Source: Candidatus Multivoradales bacterium (GTDB taxonomy: Bacteria; Acidobacteriota; Thermoanaerobaculia; Multivoradales; JAHEKO01). Taken from it: a stretch of 64,000 bases of DNA. Both the position numbers and the translations under genes were made by a program. How positions within the stretch are numbered: the first letter of the stretch is position 1; every line of letters starts with the position of its first letter. Below the pieces are notes generated by a model, which was given only the letters and a program-made list of their open reading frames with translations, had not been told where the DNA came from and ran no database searches. Shown one piece after another: positions 42,267 to 51,245 of the stretch. The stretch is from contig CBDCXM010000009.1 of NCBI GenBank assembly GCA_965223855.1, positions 544,001-608,000 of the forward strand, written 5' to 3'.

Positions 42267-43211
42267 TCAGGTCTTGCAGGAAACCCCGTACACATGGCAA
42301 GTCCAGCAGGCCGGATGTGCCAGCGGGAAGGGGTTGAGGGTGTCCTTGAGCGTCTCCCCCATCTTGCCGCTCGGCTCGTTGACGAGGATCGGGCAGACCC
42401 ACACTCCCTGGTCGGTGACCATGCGGCAGTTGGAGCACTGGAGGTGGTCCCAGTCACCGTCCGGGGCGTCGCCTTCGCGCAGCACCTGCCAGCTCTCGTA
42501 GGCGGCGGAGCGCTCCGCTTCGGCGCCGATCCGGAACACCGGGAGGATCTTGAGCCGCGGGCGTTCGACGCCGAGCTCGCGCAGCAGCTCGAAGAAGCGC
42601 TCCTTGCCGGCGGCCGAACCGTTGGCGTCGTGGACCTCGGTGACGGTGATCACCGGGTTGATCCCGGCGGCGGCGAGGTTCGAGATCCCCTCGAGGATAC
42701 GGACGAAGGTCCCTTCGCCGCGGATCGGATCGTTGGACTCCGCATCGTAGCCGTCCATCGACACACGGAAGTCGAGCGAGTAGTCGGCTCCGGTGGCGAG
42801 CTCGGCCAGCCGCTCGCAGCGCGCCGGATCGAGCAGCAAACCGTTGGTCAGCACGTTGGCCGGACCGAAGTCCAGGGTGCGCGCGAGGATCGCCTCCATC
42901 TCCGGGTTGAGGAACGGCTCGCCGCCGGTGAAGTAGAACTCCCGCACCCCGAGCTCGGCCGCCTCGAGCAGGTAGGGCTCGATCTCCTCGAGCGTCATCC
43001 CCTCGTGGGTGTGATTGGTCGGCGACGACGAGACGAAGCAGTGGGTGCAGGCGAGGTTGCAGACCGTGCCGGCGACCTGGAACCACAGGGTGTCGAGGGA
43101 GCGCAGGGCGGCGACCGGCACGGCGCCGGGGCGCGGCTGCGGACTCACGGTCGCCGGGGTCGTCCCCTCCTTTTCAGTCACCGCGTTCTCAGCCATGGTG
43201 TTCTCAGCCAT
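42267..43211 (-). CDS. Radical SAM protein (distantly ArsS-like)
   Basis: CNLACTHC, TGGEPF, LTNG, C-terminal CSNCRM..CP..HPACWTC...SC; last gene of the arsM operon. Confidence 0.88.
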   Translation of the reverse strand: MAENTMAENAVTEKEGTTPATVSPQPRPGAVPVAALRSLDTLWFQVAGTVCNLACTHCFVSSSPTNHTHEGMTLEEIEPYLLEAAELGVREFYFTGGEPFLNPEMEAILARTLDFGPANVLTNGLLLDPARCERLAELATGADYSLDFRVSMDGYDAESNDPIRGEGTFVRILEGISNLAAAGINPVITVTEVHDANGSAAGKERFFELLRELGVERPRLKILPVFRIGAEAERSAAYESWQVLREGDAPDGDWDHLQCSNCRMVTDQGVWVCPILVNEPSGKMGETLKDTLNPFPLAHPACWTCHVYGVSCKT

Positions 43212-44010
43212 CGGTGCCTCCCACGTCGAGATAGTCGATCACTTCCGGGGTCTTGGGGTTGTCGAACAGCTCTCCGCAGCAGCCCACCTCGAGCACGCGA
43301 CCGACCCCGTCACGTCGGCAGACGCAGGCGACGTTGTCGGCCAGGCGCCGCGCCTGTGCGAGGTCGTGGGTGACGAGGACCACGGTGTGGTCGCGGGCGA
43401 GGTCGGCGGCGAGACGTTCGATGGCGGCGGTCGCCTTCGGGTCGAGAGCGCTCGTCGGCTCGTCCATCAGGATCACCTCGGGCCTCAGCGCCAGGGCGCG
43501 GGCGAGGCACAGTCGCTGTTGCTGGCCGACCGAGAGTTCGACCGCCGGGCGATCGAGCCGGTCGGCGACCTCGTCCCACAGCGCCGAGCCGTCGAGCGCC
43601 TCGCGCAGCCGCTCCTCGAGGCCGTCGCGGCTCAGCCGCTCGACCTGGCGGACGCCGAAGAGGACGTTGCGGCGGATCGACGCCGGGAAGACCACCGGCT
43701 GCTGGAAGAGCATGCCGATGCGGCTGCGGAGGCGGTCGGCATCGACGGCGGCGCCGTAGATCGGTCGGCCGCGAAACAGCACCTCGCCCGTCACTTCGAG
43801 CGGCGGCGACTCGAGCTCGAGGAGCCGGTTGAACGCCTTGAGGAGCGTGCTCTTGCCGGCGCCCGACGGTCCGATGACGGCGAAGATGCCGCGCTCGGGG
43901 ATCGCGAGATCGACCGCGTCGAGGATCGCCTGCTCACCGCTCGCCACGCGCAGGTTGCGGGCGGTGAGGATCGGCTCCGGGGGTGCCGGCATCGACAGGA
44001 CGTCAGCCAT
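43204..44010 (-). CDS. pstB: PstB-like ABC ATPase
   Basis: GPSGAGKST, IGMLFQQP, LSVGQQQRLCLARAL, MDEPTSALDP, VTH, LF.NP. Confidence 0.88.
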   Translation of the reverse strand: MADVLSMPAPPEPILTARNLRVASGEQAILDAVDLAIPERGIFAVIGPSGAGKSTLLKAFNRLLELESPPLEVTGEVLFRGRPIYGAAVDADRLRSRIGMLFQQPVVFPASIRRNVLFGVRQVERLSRDGLEERLREALDGSALWDEVADRLDRPAVELSVGQQQRLCLARALALRPEVILMDEPTSALDPKATAAIERLAADLARDHTVVLVTHDLAQARRLADNVACVCRRDGVGRVLEVGCCGELFDNPKTPEVIDYLDVGGTDG

Positions 44011-44854
44011 GTCGCGCCTCCTCCGCGGCTCTGAGGCGCAGCGGCAGCGCCGCGAGACTCAGACCCAGCACCAGCGCCAGCAGCACGAAGGCGGCCGCCC
44101 ACAGGTGGCTCGACGCCGCCGGGTCGAACGAGTCCTGGGCGAGCGTGAACACATGGTAGGGCAGCGCCAGGACCGGGCTCTCGACGACCCCGCGGGGGAG
44201 CGTCACGCCCGAGAAGACCGCGGCGGTGAAGAGGATCGGCGCCGTCTCGCCGGCGGCACGGGCGAGCCCCAGGAGCGCCCCCGACGCCCCGCCGGCCCAG
44301 CATTGCGGCAGCACCACGGTCGTAGCGACCTGTGCGCGGCTCAGCCCGAGCGCCGAAGCGGCCGAGAGATAGCGGGTCGGCAACGCCTCGATTCTCTCGA
44401 CGAGGGCGACGGCGATCGTCGGCACGATCATCCAGCCGAGCACGATGCCCCCACCGAGCCACGACTTGCCCCAGCCGAAGAACTTGACGAACACGATCAG
44501 GCCGAGGATTCCGAACAGGATCGACGGCACCGCGTGGACGGCGTAGAGGATCCGCTTCATCGTGCGGCCGGTCCGCGCGCCGACCCACAGCGTCTCGATG
44601 AGCGACCAGCCCAGCGCGAGCGGCGCCGCCACGGCCAGCGCCGTGGTCACCAGGAGCAGCGTGCCGAGAAGCTGGTATCGCACCCCGCCGCTGCCGATCC
44701 GTTCGCCGGCGGCGGCGGTGACGAACTCGCCGCCCAGGCTCGGCAGGCCGCGCACCAGGATCACAGCGACGATGCCGACGAGTAGCGCGCAGGCGGCAAC
44801 CGCGCAGGCGGCGGCTGAGACCTTCAGGCCGCGATCGAGCGCCCTACGCACCAC
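44003..44854 (-). CDS. pstA: PstA-like permease
   Basis: VPSILFGILG, ASALG, ARAAGETAPILFT, LPYH. Confidence 0.88.
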   Translation of the reverse strand: MVRRALDRGLKVSAAACAVAACALLVGIVAVILVRGLPSLGGEFVTAAAGERIGSGGVRYQLLGTLLLVTTALAVAAPLALGWSLIETLWVGARTGRTMKRILYAVHAVPSILFGILGLIVFVKFFGWGKSWLGGGIVLGWMIVPTIAVALVERIEALPTRYLSAASALGLSRAQVATTVVLPQCWAGGASGALLGLARAAGETAPILFTAAVFSGVTLPRGVVESPVLALPYHVFTLAQDSFDPAASSHLWAAAFVLLALVLGLSLAALPLRLRAAEEARHG

Positions 44855-45728
44855 GCATCTCCCGGCGATCCGGCAGCCAACGGCCGGCGATCAGGGTGAG
44901 CGCCATCACCAGCGACAGCAGGACCAGCCCGAGGCCGACGATCGCTCCCCAGTGAAGCGGGTCGCCGTAGGCGAGGAAGGTCTCGGACGAGCCGAGCTTG
45001 CTGGTGAGCGTCTGCCCAGGCTCGAGCCAGGCGCGGAAGCCGAGCAACGCCTGGTTGTCCATCCGCCCGACGACCAGGAAGACGGCGATCGTCTCCCCCA
45101 TCGCGCGGCCGAGGCCGAGCAGCAGCGCGGCACCGAGCCCGGGGGCGGCCTGCGGCAAGGCGACCTTGACGACCGACTCCGCCTTCGTCGCTCCGAGCGC
45201 CCGGGCGGCGCGGCGCTGAGAGCCCGGCACGCCACGCAGCGCGTCGTCGGCGAGCGTCATCACCGTCGGCAGGATCATCACCGCCAGCAGCACGCCGGCG
45301 GTCAGCAGGGTGTCGCCCGAGAGCGGCTCGAACGGTTCGAGCAGGCGGTAGATCCAGTCGCGCAGCAGCAGCACCCCGAGGAGACCGAACACGACCGATG
45401 GGACCCCGGCGAGGAGCTCGATCGGCACCTTGACCCACCAGCGCCTGCGGTCGCTCATGTACTCCGCGGTCCAGATCGCCGCGCCGAGCGCCAGCGGCGC
45501 CGCCAGCACGAGCGCGATCGCCGACACGACGACCGAACCGTAGACCATCGGCAACACCCCGAACTCCTGCGCCCGGTAGTGCCAGGTCTTGCCCGTGAGG
45601 TAGCCGAGCCCCTCGTGCTGCCACACCGGCACGCTCTGGGCGACGAACGAGCCGAGGAGGGTGACGACGAAGGCGAGCGTCAGCGCCGTCGCGACCCAGC
45701 TCGCGGGACGGATCCAGCCGGCGTTCAT
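44844..45728 (-). CDS. pstC: PstC-like permease
   Basis: FGVLPMVYGS, ELLAGVPSVVFG, MILPT, ALGAT, GRAMGETIAV. Confidence 0.9.
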   Translation of the reverse strand: MNAGWIRPASWVATALTLAFVVTLLGSFVAQSVPVWQHEGLGYLTGKTWHYRAQEFGVLPMVYGSVVVSAIALVLAAPLALGAAIWTAEYMSDRRRWWVKVPIELLAGVPSVVFGLLGVLLLRDWIYRLLEPFEPLSGDTLLTAGVLLAVMILPTVMTLADDALRGVPGSQRRAARALGATKAESVVKVALPQAAPGLGAALLLGLGRAMGETIAVFLVVGRMDNQALLGFRAWLEPGQTLTSKLGSSETFLAYGDPLHWGAIVGLGLVLLSLVMALTLIAGRWLPDRREMRGA

Positions 45729-45762
45729 GGCCGGTCGGCGATCCCGTGGAGCGGCACGGACG

Positions 45763-46620
45763 TCATGGAGAACTCGTCGCCTCCGAGGATTGCGGCGGCA
45801 GCGGCAGGAAGCCGTGCCGGCCGACCAGCTCCTGGCCGCGCGCGTCGAGGATGAGATCGATCAGCCGCCGAGCTGCCCCATCGGGCGGACCGTCGGTCAT
45901 CACGTTGAGCGGCCTGGCAAGCGGATAACGGCCGCTGAGCACGTTGTCGCTCGTCGGTCGCACCTCTTCCTCGCCCGGCTCGCACAGCCCGAGGGCGAAG
46001 GTCCTCTCTCCGTCGGCCCAGGCGGCGGAGAGCTGCGTGACGGCGCCGCGGGTGGAGGCGACCTTGGTGCGCGCCTCCTCGTTCGAACCGACCTCCGGCA
46101 GACTCACCAGCGGCGCGGCGTCGCCGTCGCCGTAGAGCCAGTCGGCGAACACCTCCCATGTGCCGCGCCCGGGCTCCTTGTTGAAGAACACCACGCGGCG
46201 ATCGGGGCCGCCGACCTCGGTCCAGCGCGCGGTCTCGCCCTCGTAGAGGGAGCGCACCTGGGCACGTGAGAGACAGCGCACTCCGGCCTGCCAGACATCC
46301 GCCGACACGACCAGCGCAAGTGCATCCGAGCCGAGGGTCGTCACCCGGAAGTCGACGTGCGGGAAACGCTCACGGTCGCCCGCGGTGAGCGGCCGCGACA
46401 CCATCGCCAGGTCGGCGCGCCCGTCGGCCAGCGCCGCGATACCTCCGGAGCTGCCGCCCGCCGTATCGACGTGGATCTCGAGCCCCTCCTCGGCGCGCAG
46501 GATGGCCGCCGCCTCGCTGACCACCGGATTGACGGTCGTCGAGCCGTTGATGCGCAACGCCGCCGAAGCCGGCAGCGCCAGCAGCACGACCGCGACCCAG
46601 GCGACGCCCCTCAGCAACAT
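45763..46620 (-). CDS. pstS: PstS-like periplasmic oxyanion-binding protein with atypical pocket
   Basis: Signal peptide; INGSTTV, GGSSGG, MVSR, DAL, KEPGRGT, YPLARPL. Confidence 0.85.
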   Translation of the reverse strand: MLLRGVAWVAVVLLALPASAALRINGSTTVNPVVSEAAAILRAEEGLEIHVDTAGGSSGGIAALADGRADLAMVSRPLTAGDRERFPHVDFRVTTLGSDALALVVSADVWQAGVRCLSRAQVRSLYEGETARWTEVGGPDRRVVFFNKEPGRGTWEVFADWLYGDGDAAPLVSLPEVGSNEEARTKVASTRGAVTQLSAAWADGERTFALGLCEPGEEEVRPTSDNVLSGRYPLARPLNVMTDGPPDGAARRLIDLILDARGQELVGRHGFLPLPPQSSEATSSP

Positions 46621-47768
46621 CCGTCCGGGCCGCAACAGTCGGCGGCCGCCTCGACGGTGGCGTCGTAGTCCTCGCCCTTGGTCTCGCGCGGATGGCGGAG
46701 CACCGTCCGGGAGCAATCGAACGGCTCGGCACCTTCGAGCGGGATCTCCTCCAGCGGATCGACGAAGTCGAACTGCCCCGTGTAGGGCTCCTGGCGGTAG
46801 AGCTCATAGGTCTTGTCGCACACCGCGTAGCGGTAGCCACGCTGCATCCGATGGCCGTCGTCGTCGAGCACCTCCTTGAAGGGGCCGCGGTAGACCACCG
46901 CCTGCTTGCGCTCCCAGCACGCCCCCTCCTTGCCCTTGAACGCCTCGACGGTAAGCGAGCGGAACTCGATCCCCTCCACCGTCTGCCACGGCTCGACCTG
47001 GCGCTCGAGCACCCGGATGCCGTGAAAGCCGGCGCGCTCGAACGCCTCGAGGAAGCCGCTCTCGGTGAGCGCCCCGGAGATGCAGCCGCTCCACAACTCC
47101 GGATCCTGCTGCAGCTCGAGCGGCACTTCCTCGTCGCTCACGATGTCGGAGATCACCGCCCGGCCGCCGCGGCGCAGCACCCGGTAGATCTCTTCGAACA
47201 TCTGCTCCTTGAGGTCGCTGTCGACGAGGTTGAGGACACAATTCGAAACCACGACGTCGACCGAATCGGAGGCGATCATCGGCTCGCTGGTCCGCAGCCG
47301 GGCCGCGACCTCCTCCAGCTGGATCAGCCGCTCGACGCTGTCGACCGGCTGCTTCGCGAGCTCCGCTTCCAACCGGTCGAGATCGAGCGCCAGATCCTGA
47401 ATCCGGCCACGCCGGAACTCGACGTTCGAGAACCCCGTCTTCTCCGCCACCACCGGCTCGTTGCGGCGCGCGACGTCGAGCATGTCCGGGGTCATGTCGA
47501 CGCCGATCACCCTCCCCTCGGCACCCACCACCTGAGAGGCGATGAAGCAGATCTTGCCGGTGCCGCTGCCGAGATCGAGCACGGTCTCGCCGGGCTTGAG
47601 GTGCTTCGACGGATCGCCGCAGCCGTAGTCGCGCTCGATCACCTCGCTGGGGATCACCTCGAGGTACTGCGGGTCGTAGTCGACCGGGCAGCACAGCTCC
47701 GGCACCTGGGCGCGAGCCCCCTCGCTGTAGCGCTCGCGGACGTTCTTCTCTACATTGGCAACGGACAT
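46611..47768 (-). CDS. arsM: Arsenite methyltransferase-like (ArsM/AS3MT type) SAM methyltransferase
   Basis: RBS AAGGAG; LCCP, DYGCG, VLDLGSGTG, GVDMT, SNCVLNL, WSGCISGA, VCDKT, C-terminal CCGPDGCC. Confidence 0.8.
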   Translation of the reverse strand: MSVANVEKNVRERYSEGARAQVPELCCPVDYDPQYLEVIPSEVIERDYGCGDPSKHLKPGETVLDLGSGTGKICFIASQVVGAEGRVIGVDMTPDMLDVARRNEPVVAEKTGFSNVEFRRGRIQDLALDLDRLEAELAKQPVDSVERLIQLEEVAARLRTSEPMIASDSVDVVVSNCVLNLVDSDLKEQMFEEIYRVLRRGGRAVISDIVSDEEVPLELQQDPELWSGCISGALTESGFLEAFERAGFHGIRVLERQVEPWQTVEGIEFRSLTVEAFKGKEGACWERKQAVVYRGPFKEVLDDDGHRMQRGYRYAVCDKTYELYRQEPYTGQFDFVDPLEEIPLEGAEPFDCSRTVLRHPRETKGEDYDATVEAAADCCGPDGCC

Positions 47769-47912
47769 CGCTCTCTCCTTCTCGGCACCACTCCACTCTG
47801 GCTTCACGCGAGTCGGCCTGCGGCCCGCGGAACGCTGCGGCGACCGCCCTCGCGGTCGACCGCTTTCCCGCCGGTGCGCGAGGAACGCGCTACCGGCTCT
47901 TCGCCCTGGAGG

Positions 47913-48674
47913 TCAGAGGGGAGGGGCGCGGCCCGCGGGGGCGGCAACCGCCTCGGCGGGGCGAAGCCGACGCGGCGCTCCGGCCCAGCGGGCGAGGCTC
48001 GCGAGGGTGACGCCGACGCGCGCCAGCAACCTGCGCCAGGCGCCGGTCAGCAGGCGGGCCCGTGCGCTCCACCATTCGAGATCGTTCCTCGAGTCGAGGT
48101 CGCGCAACGGCTCGAGCAGGTGGACCCGGAGGCCCGCGGTCTCGAGCGTCTCGACGAGCGAGCGGAGGGTCGCGGTGGAGCGCCAACGCACCCGGTCGAG
48201 CAACGCCGCCACCGGCCGCGCGGCCGCCAGCAGGTAGATCCCGCCGTCGGTCGACGGCCCGACGACCACGGAGTCGGGTCGGGTAGTGACCCGCTGCAGT
48301 GCCGCGGCCACCGTCTGGCGGCCGATGCCGGGCGTATCCGTGCCGACCACCACCAGCGGTGCCGACCCCTCCGCCTCGACGGTCGCCACGGCGGCGACCA
48401 GGCGCTCGCGGAAACTGTCGCCCGCCTGCGTCACGAAGGTCGCGTCGGCGACCCGTGAGGCGCTGCGCGGTGCCGCCATCACGAGGCGGCAGCCGTTCGC
48501 TCGCCCCGCCTCGAGGACCGCCGCCAGCCCCTGTTCGTGGACCGCGCGCTCGATCGCTGCGCCCCGCGCGCCGAGCCAGCCGCGACGGGCCTGTTCGCGG
48601 CCCGGCCCGAGCGTGAAAACGACGAGGGCGGGCGCGTCGGGGCGGGCGGCGGTGCTGGGGCGGTTCAGGGGCAC
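47913..48674 (-). CDS. DUF2064 (TIGR04282-like glycosyltransferase-fold) protein with C-terminal RAPP motif
   Basis: QAGDSFRERL, VGTDTP, GPSTDGGIYL, W, LRDLD; ends ...PAGRAPPL*. Confidence 0.82.
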   Translation of the reverse strand: MPLNRPSTAARPDAPALVVFTLGPGREQARRGWLGARGAAIERAVHEQGLAAVLEAGRANGCRLVMAAPRSASRVADATFVTQAGDSFRERLVAAVATVEAEGSAPLVVVGTDTPGIGRQTVAAALQRVTTRPDSVVVGPSTDGGIYLLAAARPVAALLDRVRWRSTATLRSLVETLETAGLRVHLLEPLRDLDSRNDLEWWSARARLLTGAWRRLLARVGVTLASLARWAGAPRRLRPAEAVAAPAGRAPPL

Positions 48675-48765
48675 ACAGTTCCTACGAGACCGAAACGGCA
48701 ACGGTTTTCCCGTTGGAGTCTACCCGTTGGGGGATCCTTCGCCTCGGCCCTTCGCATCGACTCAG

Positions 48766-49185
48766 ATGCAGCGGCGGTCGGGCTATCATCGGCCTCCCTT
48801 GATCCGCTTCCTCTTCCTCACGATCCCGCTCGCGACCCTGCTGCTGGGCGGTGCAGCGCTCGGCTTCGATCTGCTCGACGGCGGCGAGTTCGGACCGCGT
48901 CTCGACGGAAAGACGGTGGCGGGCGGCTGGCTCCTCGAAGCGACCGCTCTGGCGGCCCTCTTTCTGCTGGTCCAGGGCCGGGGCGGCAGCTGGTGGCTCG
49001 ACGGACTGCTCGCCGCCTGGCTCGGCTGGATCTTCCGCGGCCCGGTGATGGTGCTGGTGGTGGTCGAGCAGCTCGGCGGCGGCCGCGACCCGTGGTGGAC
49101 GATGGCGCTCCAGTCGCTGCTCGTCTACTCGCTGGTCGGCTTCCTGATGGCGCTCGTGGCGCGGAAGCTCGGGGTCCGGCGGTGA
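48766..49185 (+). CDS. Hypothetical 4-TM membrane protein
   Basis: Four hydrophobic helices; GTGA overlap with the PKS gene; start uncertain. Confidence 0.65.
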   Translation: MQRRSGYHRPPLIRFLFLTIPLATLLLGGAALGFDLLDGGEFGPRLDGKTVAGGWLLEATALAALFLLVQGRGGSWWLDGLLAAWLGWIFRGPVMVLVVVEQLGGGRDPWWTMALQSLLVYSLVGFLMALVARKLGVRR

Positions 49186-50243
49186 GGATCGCGGGGCTCG
49201 GGCACGCGTTCCCGCCCCATTTCTACGATCAGCAGCAACTCATCGCCGCCGCCGAGGCGCAGTGGGGCTCCGACTTCCACAACCCGGAGCGGATCCGCCG
49301 ACTGTTCTCGAACGTCGCCGTCGGCGGCCGCCATCTGGCGCTGCCGCTCGAGCGCTATGCCGACCTCGGCTCGTTCGGGGCCGCCAATGACGCCTGGATC
49401 GAGGTCGGCACGGCGATCGGCGCCGAGGCGCTCGAGGCGGCCCTCGACGACGCCGGGCTGACGGCGGAGACGCTCGAGGCGCTCGTCACCGTCTCCGTCA
49501 CCGGGCTCGCTACGCCGTCGCTCGACGCCCGGTTGATGAACGTGATGCCGCTTGCGCCGACCCTCAAGCGGACGCCGATCTTCGGCCTCGGCTGCGTCGC
49601 CGGGGCCGCCGGCCTGGCGCGCGCGGCAGACTACCTGCGTGGGCACCCCGGCGCGGCGGTCGCGCTGTTGTCGGTCGAGCTGTGCTCGCTCACGCTGCAG
49701 CGCGAGGACCTGTCGATCGCCAACCTGATCGCCTCGGGGCTCTTCGGCGACGGCGCCGCGGCGGCCGTCCTCGTCGGCGCGGAGCATCCCGCCGTCCACC
49801 ATGCGGCGGGGCCGCGGATCGTCGATACCCGCGCCTCCTTCTATCGAGACACCGAGGACGTGATGGGTTGGACGATCTCCGAGCGCGGCTTCCAGATCGT
49901 ACTGTCGGCCGAGGTACCGGAGATGGTGGAGCGCCACCTGAGGGCCGACGTCGATGCCTTCCTCGCCGACCACGGTCTCGAGCCTGGCGACATCGGCTGC
50001 TGGACCGCGCACACAGGAGGGCCACGCGTGCTCGAAGCGATGGAATCCGCGCTCGAGCTCCCGGCGGGTGCCCTCGACGCGAGCTGGCGCTCGCTGCGCG
50101 AGGTCGGCAACCTGTCGTCGACCTCCGTCTTGCTGGTGCTGGAGGAGACGGTCCGCGAAGATCGCCCCGAACCGGGCACGCCGGGGCTGCTGATGGCGAT
50201 GGGCCCCGGGTTCTGCTCCGAGCTGGTACTGCTCGAGTGGTGA
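49182..50243 (+). CDS. Type III polyketide synthase (SrsA/FtpA-like)
   Basis: FGLGCVAG (Cys), VELCSL, LFGDGAAA, HTGG (His), GNLSS (Asn), MGPGF. Confidence 0.95.
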   Translation: MRIAGLGHAFPPHFYDQQQLIAAAEAQWGSDFHNPERIRRLFSNVAVGGRHLALPLERYADLGSFGAANDAWIEVGTAIGAEALEAALDDAGLTAETLEALVTVSVTGLATPSLDARLMNVMPLAPTLKRTPIFGLGCVAGAAGLARAADYLRGHPGAAVALLSVELCSLTLQREDLSIANLIASGLFGDGAAAAVLVGAEHPAVHHAAGPRIVDTRASFYRDTEDVMGWTISERGFQIVLSAEVPEMVERHLRADVDAFLADHGLEPGDIGCWTAHTGGPRVLEAMESALELPAGALDASWRSLREVGNLSSTSVLLVLEETVREDRPEPGTPGLLMAMGPGFCSELVLLEW

Positions 50244-50321
50244 CCTGGGGACGAGGACGGCGACGGAAGGACCGATGAGCGTTCGCCGTACGCTTCTCGA
50301 GCCACTCTCGAAGGCCTCTCC

Positions 50322-51209
50322 ATGACCACCGACCCGACGTCCCCGGAACTGCGCCGCCTGGTCGCCTGCCCCGGCTGCGCGTTGCAGTACGACGCCACCG
50401 GCCACGAGCCGCCGGGGCGCTTCCGCTGCGCCTGTGGGGAGGTGGTCGTGGTCGAAGCCGGCGTCCCGGCCGAGGCGGCAGTGGTGCGCTGCTCCGCTTG
50501 TGGCGCTCCACGCCGCCACGCGGCGCCGGCCTGCGAGCACTGCGGCGCCGACTTCACCCTTCACGAGCGCGACCTCCACACGCTGTGTCCGGGTTGCGTC
50601 ACCCGTATCAGCGACCGCGCACGCCACTGCCACGCCTGCGGCATCGCGATCGTGCCGCAGGGCCGCGTCGGCGCGCTGACCGATCGACCGTGTCCGGTGT
50701 GCGGAGAGTCGCATCGTCTCTACAGCCGCAACGTCGAGGGGCAGATCACGGTGCTCGAGTGCGACCACTGCGCCGGTCTGTGGCTCGGCCACCGCATCTT
50801 CGAGCTGCTCGAGACGGCCTCGGAACGAGCGCTCGAGCCGCTGGGAGAGGTCGAGGCCGCGCCGGTGACGGACGTGGCCGCCCTCGACGGCACCAGCTTC
50901 TACCGCGCCTGCCCGCAATGCTCGAAGCTCATGCATCGTCGCAACTACGGGCGCAAGAGCGGGGTGATCGTCGACGTCTGTCAGCAGGACGGCATCTGGT
51001 TCGATCGTGGCGAGCTCGACCGCATCCTCGCCTGGCGGCGCGACGGCGGTGCGCTGCGGGCCGAGCGCCTCGCTGCCGAGACACCTCCGGCCCGCGACGC
51101 CGGAGCCGCCACGCCGACGCTGCCCGACCTGATGGGCGACGGCGACCACCCGGCTCTCGACTTCATCGAGATGCTGCTCGACGCGCTGCTCGGCTTTCTC
51201 CGGCGCTAG
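50322..51209 (+). CDS. Multi-zinc-ribbon protein with two zf-TFIIB-like domains
   Basis: Many CxxC pairs; C..C.GLWL and DVC..DGIWFDRGEL motifs. Confidence 0.85.
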   Translation: MTTDPTSPELRRLVACPGCALQYDATGHEPPGRFRCACGEVVVVEAGVPAEAAVVRCSACGAPRRHAAPACEHCGADFTLHERDLHTLCPGCVTRISDRARHCHACGIAIVPQGRVGALTDRPCPVCGESHRLYSRNVEGQITVLECDHCAGLWLGHRIFELLETASERALEPLGEVEAAPVTDVAALDGTSFYRACPQCSKLMHRRNYGRKSGVIVDVCQQDGIWFDRGELDRILAWRRDGGALRAERLAAETPPARDAGAATPTLPDLMGDGDHPALDFIEMLLDALLGFLRR

Positions 51210-51245
51210 GGGGAAGACCAGCCGGGTCCTTCTGCGGGCCCGGAA

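Noticed and set aside
43196-43215. Short tandem duplication giving MAENTMAENA at the rSAM start
   Set aside because: Real but only creates alternative start codons; no evidence of function.
42267-47768. Selenocysteine recoding in the rSAM or ArsM genes
   Set aside because: Both frames are complete with Cys at motif positions; no in-frame TGA needs read-through.
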